Notes under the pieces: generated by a model | Told to the model about the DNA's origin: nothing | Database searches by the model: none | Seen by the model: the letters and a program-made list of their open reading frames with translations, nothing else | Made by a program: the position numbers and the translations under genes | Shown here: one piece after another, positions 46,801-52,806 of the stretch | Layout of the letters: each line of letters starts with the position of its first letter | How positions within the stretch are numbered: position 1 is the stretch's first letter | From: Fonticula alba ATCC 38817 | Taxonomy: Eukaryota; Protista; Nucleariida | DNA: 52,806 bases | Reading direction: 5' to 3' (one strand) | NCBI GenBank assembly: GCA_000388065.2 | Contig: KB932206.1

Positions 46801-47005
46801 TGTGGACGCCGGTCCTCTTTCAATCCGGACCCTCTTCCAAGGCTCGGTCACATCACCTGGGGGGGGGGGGGGCGACGGGGGTCCTTCCATGTCGTGTACA
46901 AGCACACTATCATTTGCCCCACTTGCGCCTTGGTAGGTTAGAAACGATGGTAAAGTACTGATCTACGCTCATGGGGGCGGGGTGTAAACGCGCTCGGGAA
47001 ACATA

Positions 47006-47011
47006 TTTATT
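47006..47011 (-). terminator. Putative polyadenylation signal AATAAA
   Basis: TTTATT on the plus strand in an AT-rich patch about 110 nt downstream of the 47120 stop. Confidence 0.5.
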
Positions 47012-47119
47012 ATTGCATATATTGACAGTACATGGCCTTAAAAGCAAATACCAGAAAACTGGAGGGACTAAGCGAGGGGAAGGAGGGGGAGGAATGAAGG
47101 CACGAAAATGAAAGAGGCC

Positions 47120-48103
47120 CTAATGATGCCATAGGGAGATATTCTCTAGTTGGCGGACGAGATAGCTAACAAGAATGTCATCCGGGCCAAGGGAGCAGGT
47201 AGTCGTGGCGGCAAGAAGACGCAGGGCCTGCTGGCGACCGGACAGAGCCGAGTAAATGCCCAACCAAGAGGCAAAGACAGCCTGGGTAAAGAAGAAGGTA
47301 TTCATGTGCTGAATGGCGCCCATGGCAGGATCAGGCATGTTGGAAGGCTTTTTAGCGCTGGGAGGCCGGTCGTCGATTGAAGCACGAGTAGGATGATCTC
47401 GGTCTTGGGGAAGGTGGTTGTGTGGCGAAGGTGGCAGCCAAGTCGTCAGACCAGTGGAGGTGAGGAGATTGACATTCGGACTGCTGTCCACGTAAAGGGC
47501 CTGTAAGCGCTTCAGACACCGCATAATGATGGTCTCGAGAGCCGACTTGTTGGACATGTCGGTCAAAAAGTCTTTGACAGCACTATGTGCACCTTCCTGG
47601 GACAGATTCAGGTTTTCGGGAATTCTTGGACTCTCTTGGGAGAGGGAATCTAGCATGAGTGTCAGATCCTGAAGGAATCGGAGATTGGTGTCGTCATTAA
47701 CAGGCCGGAGGTCGGCCGCGGCCGTCGAGGCGAGCAACATCATTAGGGGAATGGAGCTGGTGGAATCCTTATGCGCATGGTTTTCCTGTTGGAGAAGAAT
47801 GTCCACCTTTTCGAGGAGGGTGGTCACAACCAATCTGTGACTTGTCATGGAATAGGTGTGGGCGGGGGAGCTGTCACCGCCGGGGAGCAGACCATTGATC
47901 ATGGCTGGAATGGAAAATCGATCGCTGATGCTCTGGAGTTGGTAGTCATGGGGTGGATGAGAGGTCTGTGTGGCCAAGATATGTGTCACATAGCGAGCCA
48001 TGCGCACGGGAAGCCAAATGTTGGTGTCGCGTTGCATGGCAAATTGTGGCAGGAGGGGCAAACTGTGGCTTAACTTGAAGCGCCGGGTACTGTGGTCGGT
48101 CAT
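47120..48103 (-). CDS. Orphan 327-aa protein, no recognised domain (frame stays open upstream to about 48308, so the true start or a 5' exon is uncertain)
   Basis: Long ORF in a lower-GC stretch where long chance ORFs are less likely; helical protein-like composition; downstream AATAAA. Confidence 0.55.
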   Translation of the reverse strand: MTDHSTRRFKLSHSLPLLPQFAMQRDTNIWLPVRMARYVTHILATQTSHPPHDYQLQSISDRFSIPAMINGLLPGGDSSPAHTYSMTSHRLVVTTLLEKVDILLQQENHAHKDSTSSIPLMMLLASTAAADLRPVNDDTNLRFLQDLTLMLDSLSQESPRIPENLNLSQEGAHSAVKDFLTDMSNKSALETIIMRCLKRLQALYVDSSPNVNLLTSTGLTTWLPPSPHNHLPQDRDHPTRASIDDRPPSAKKPSNMPDPAMGAIQHMNTFFFTQAVFASWLGIYSALSGRQQALRLLAATTTCSLGPDDILVSYLVRQLENISLWHH

Positions 48104-51100
48104 GAGAGCCTGGACAGGAGGGATGCTTTGGAGGTCGGCAGACTTCCCAGCATAACCCGAACTGAAGGACAGGCGAAACAGCGTTGACTGTGTAAGGCAC
48201 AGGGGGCTGGACCGGGGCGAAGGCCTTATGGCAGGTGGGGGAAGGTCCAGCGGGGGAGCCGGTAGACGGAGAAGTGGCCTGCCCGGGCGACGGGCGTGAG
48301 ATGCTGGATTTTAGACCGTAGCAACTGCCACCAAACACAGCTCGGGTCATGGTGGGGGGCGGCGATGGAACCAGCCCCGCTGCCAGGAGTGATCACAGCC
48401 GGGCGTGCATGATGGGGTCTGGAACTGGGCCTGGAGGGCTGAGCGGAGGGCCGGCGTTCGGTGGCAAGAGACTGCGGTGCCCGAGCAGCTCGATTTTCTC
48501 CACCAGCCATCGCAGGGGCAGCGAGCTCCCTGCTGGGATTTGCAGGGCGCCCAGGCGGTGGTTGACGGCTGTACAGGCACCATGCACCGGTGCCCCGAGA
48601 GGGCATCGGGCGCTCGCGAGTGAGACAGGTCAACAGGCCCTCGAGGTAGGAGTGAAGCGCGGGCCACTCTGGCGGTATCGCAGCGCTGGAGAGACCCACA
48701 TGGAAGAGGACTCCATCGTGGATGCACTTGATGCCATATTTCGAGATGCAAGTACCAATTGGTTGTTTGGAGGGCGCCGGTGGATGTTTACCATCGCGAA
48801 GAAGCCCAACACGAGGGACTACTGGACATGTCAGGGCCTTTGAAAAGCCCTTGAGTTGGGGGGGGGGGGGGATGATGTTTCAGGGCCAATGTCTGCTTAC
48901 TCGTCCTGCCATCGAGAGCCCTGGTCTTGCCGGCGAGAAAACCTCGCAGATTGGCAGGCTCGGCAAGCTTTTTGGGCAGCACGCGGGCATCTTCCACTTT
49001 CAGATGGTTCTTGTGAGTGAGGGTGTCCCGGTTGCGTGCTACGCCGGAAGCGCCATCGGTGCAGGTTCTTGCGGACGCCAATTTAGGGAGGATGGCCATC
49101 CGGCCGTCTGGCGGCCCAGGATCGTGACCGCGAGCGAGCAGCAACCAAGCGGGCTTGGTGGCTGTTGAACTGTCAGTACCATGCTCGTGTGTGTGATAGG
49201 CGAAAAAGTATCCGGCTCAGGCAATTTGAAACACATAGCCAGGAGGCATGCCACATCCGTGGCGCGTACAGGTGGCATGTAGATGCCGGACACGTTCGAG
49301 ATGGAACAGCGCCCAGGCAGGCAGCGGCAAGTGATGCTGGTGGCTCATATGCGAGATTGCCTGGCCTTGGGAGCTGCGGGAGGGATCCAGGACGAACTGT
49401 CGGCGAACGGGCGCCTCGGGCGCGAGCTGGCAATGGCCAAGCAGGAAGGAGTCCAGGTCACCGGTATCGTGGGCCGAGCAACGGCCCACGGGGTAGGAAA
49501 TACACGCGAAGGGGACAAGTGCCCGGGCAGATGCACATCGAATGCGCCAGCATCAGGGGGAGCATGCCGAGCGGGGAGTATCCGTGGCGCGGCAATCGGC
49601 AACACGGGGGACATGGGCGACCGGGCCCAAGGAGCGTGGGCGTACGATACACACATGTGCGAGGGGGGGGGGGGGGAGACCAGCGGGGGAGGGTGGCAGC
49701 CGGAATGGTGCTGTGCGTCTCGCCTGCGATCCGGGGCGTATGCGGAGCCCAGCATGCCGTCGGCGCATGGCCGTGCGCCGGCGAGCATCCCAGACCTCCT
49801 TTCTTGTGTGTCGGCCGGTATCTTTCTCTATTCTGCTCCCTGGCCAATGGTCTGCATCTCATTCGGATGGGATGCGCGTAGGCGGCGGGGCTTTTCCTGG
49901 GCACACATGCGCCGGCTGTGAGCGGGTCCCTGCTTGGGGCAGTGGGATGATGGCTATGGTGCGCGCATATGGGCGAGCTCCAAGCCGGGCGAGGTGAGAA
50001 GGTGGGTCGGTTGCACTGGCTACCACTCTGCCCCGCCGAGGCACAAGACCCCGCGCGATGTGACGGACAAGCCGGCGGGGAGAAAAGGAGAACCCCCTGC
50101 AGAGGCAGGCAACTGCGCGGGTATTGGTGCGCCAGTCGCGCCCCGCACACGGACCATCTTGTCCACGGTTCTTCGGGCGCGCGACGACCGTCGGGAAGGC
50201 GCACACGTCAAGCGGCACCAGCCCGAGCGCCGGGCACACTTGGCGCGCGCGTGCACGCCGGGGGCAGGCGGGTTCTCTTCGGGGATCGCCAATGAGAGGG
50301 GCGCTTCCTCGCGCCCGGGGGAGGCTACTCCGCCGAGGGCGGGAGAAGCAAAGGCGCCGCGCTTCCGGCGGCCGTGTGCTGGTGGAGGGTGGCCCTGGCG
50401 TGATGCCGATGTGCGCCGCCTTCTGCCTCCCTGTCAGAGAACCGCACGTCTTCTGGCCCGTGGGCCCTGATCGGCCGCGGGGCCGAGCCCATGAGGCGCG
50501 CGGTGCGTCGCCGACCGTGGGAGCAGCAGGAGGCGAGTGCAAGGTCTGGGGGGCGAGCCAAGGAGGGGCAAGAGAAGGGAGGCCGCATGTGTCTGGGTGT
50601 GCGCTCTGCTCGTGCACAGGGGCGCGGCTGCCCTTCAGACGGCCCGCCCCGCTGAATTACACCTGTCTTTGTGAGTTAAGCACGTGGACGAAACACATCA
50701 TGCACAGAAAATGTCTTTTGGCCGCGAGAAAGGTGAATTTATATCTCTTGATCATGCGAACCGAAATGGCCCATGAACGGACCGCTGGCTGGTGGGCTTC
50801 TTTGCGGCTCGGGTGTGAATCATTTCTCGGCGCGGGGCGCATGCACGGAGCCTCTTCTGGCGCATGGCAACCTCCCCCCTCCCCCTTTCCTCCCTTGCTC
50901 CCCCCCCCCCCATGTCTCTCTCTCTCTCTCTCTCTCTCTTCCTCTGAGCTCTCCGCGGACGGACGTGCGCGTGTCGAACCCCCTGCCAGCCAGCCAGCCA
51001 GCCGGCCTGGCCCGAGTCGCGCGACCGGCGGGGCGACTGCGTTCCGGCTGGCGGGTGGATTGCTGGGCAGGCCCGGTTTACCGGGGGGGTGGCCTGCCTA

Positions 51101-52806
51101 CCAAAGTTCGCTGCTGGCGTATGCCCCCTCTCGGGGTCCGGTCCTCCCGTGCGGCCAGCAGGAGGCCGCCTGCACCCGGCCTCTCTCGGTTTGATCCGGA
51201 GCCGCTGGGCGCTTGGTTGCAACGCCCGGAACGTGCTGTGCCCCGTGGGTTCCCCGATTGACTCGGCGTGTGGGTCTGCCGGTTCCCCGGCTCTCTGTCC
51301 CTGGGAAGGTACACACATGCGTGTGCGGTGAAAGGGGTGCCCTTTGCGGGGGGGGGGGGGGGGGGGGGGGGGGGGCGAGAGTGGATACGGTGTCTGCGTC
51401 GTCTCTGCCGGTGGGGGGCCGACCCACGGCCGCAGGGGGAGGGCATCACGCCGACACGCGCGGGAGAAGCCCCCCTGCTGTTGGTTCCTCGGGCCGGGTG
51501 TGTTTGTCTCTTCACCGTGTCCGTCCCTGTGCGGGGTCCCCCCCTGGCACTTGGTTCCCTGGCCGCGGGGTCGCGATGTCCCCTGTGGTGCGCCGATCGG
51601 CTGTCGGGATCCGGCCAATTTCCCTGGCCCCCGGTGGCGGGGAAGATGGTCTGCGGGTTCGGGGGGTTCCCGTCCTGGCGGGCGGTGGCCACCGGTTGTC
51701 CGTTTGCCATTCACAAATACGCGGGGCACTTTGCAAAAGCTTCGCGCGGCCCGTCTCACCGCAGGGCGGGCCAACACGGCGTGGCTTTTCCCCGTGAGGG
51801 TCTCTCCTGGCCTTTCGGAAGGCGGACAGATGTTGCGGTGGTGTGTTATTGCGATCCGTCGTGGCCCCCACGTTGCCCCTCTCGACACTTCCTCCCCGGG
51901 GGCCGTTGGTGTCCGATGGCGAGCGGGGAAGGCGCATCCCGAGCCGCGCCGGCCCTGGCCCCGGGCAATTCTCCGGATAGCCGGCGGAACCCCTTCTCCC
52001 GAGTATGGTGTTGGGTGTTTCTGTGTGCGTGTGCGGGGGGCATTTTCTTTTGCATCCCCGCCGAGTTGGGGGGGGACTGCCTGTTGCGCGAGGCAGCTCT
52101 CCTGGTCGTGGGCCGGTGCGACGGCGTGCGGTGGTTTGGCGGCGCCGGGAGCATGATTGTCCTGTGGGTTTCTGCGGGAGGAAAAGCAGCAGCCAAATCC
52201 TGTCTTCTGGCAAGGGGAGGGTGCGCTGAAGTCGTGCCGGGTCTCTCTCTCTCTCTCTCTCCCTCCTCATCATGGGTGCGGTCCCCGCTCGCTCCTCCGT
52301 CCCTGGCCCTTGGGTTCGTCTTTTCGCGAGTGCCACCTTTTGGCCTGGGCCTCCCTTGGCCGGCTGGCTCGTGGTGCTTGCTTCTCTCCCAGCCTTCCTC
52401 TGTGCATGTCCTTGCGAGGCAGTGGGTCTCGGCTGTGGCCGTGCCAGGCACCTGACAAGACCGACGCCAAAACTAGTCACTCGGCCTCCTCGCCCCGAAA
52501 AAATGGAGCCAGGTGGGGTTCTCCCTCTCTTGCCCGTGGCCGAAGTTCACGCCCTCGGCGGAGGCGGGCAGGCTGGTGACACAGGCCAGCCCCTCGATCT
52601 GCCCCCGCTGGTGCTGATCCGCGTGCTGGCCATCGGACGCCCCTTCGCCGGGTTTTTCCGCTCTTTCACTGCACTCGCGCACCGGGCCATGGTATCGGCA
52701 CGCCGGCACCGGTGCACGAGGACATTCCCGGAGATCCTCGTGGATGCGTGTGCCGGTCATCTTCCCCGGTCATCACTGGGGCTGGGCTTGGGGGGCAGGG
52801 GGATCG

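Noticed and set aside
46620-46823. Minus-strand peptide resembling a LINE RT thumb (RILL...DIFDQLGVYPP...YIFK)
   Set aside because: No RT palm motifs upstream, where an unrelated ORF lies, and the plus strand carries WD40-like motifs.

Overview
GC-rich eukaryotic genomic DNA: spliceosomal introns, eukaryotic tRNAs, many (CA/TG)n tracts and long G-runs, and nine N gaps. The style resembles a Fonticula-like protist, but that is inference only. The left part (1-24 kb) holds intact genes: two furin-like/CXXC cysteine-rich secreted or surface proteins, a proteinase K-family subtilisin, four tRNAs (Ser-AGA, Ile-AAT, Arg-ACG, Glu-CTC) and an intronless ~694-aa orphan. That orphan has a mitochondrial-type presequence and about eight repeated helix-turn-helix-like units, and is the best novelty candidate. 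The right part (~29-52.8 kb) contains visibly lower-GC islands. It appears to be a graveyard of frameshifted genes (WD40-like remnants and a possible kinesin motor remnant), with two apparently intact orphan genes inside it. No CRISPR array, rRNA or intact mobile element is supported. All domain calls come from motif recognition by eye, without database searches.
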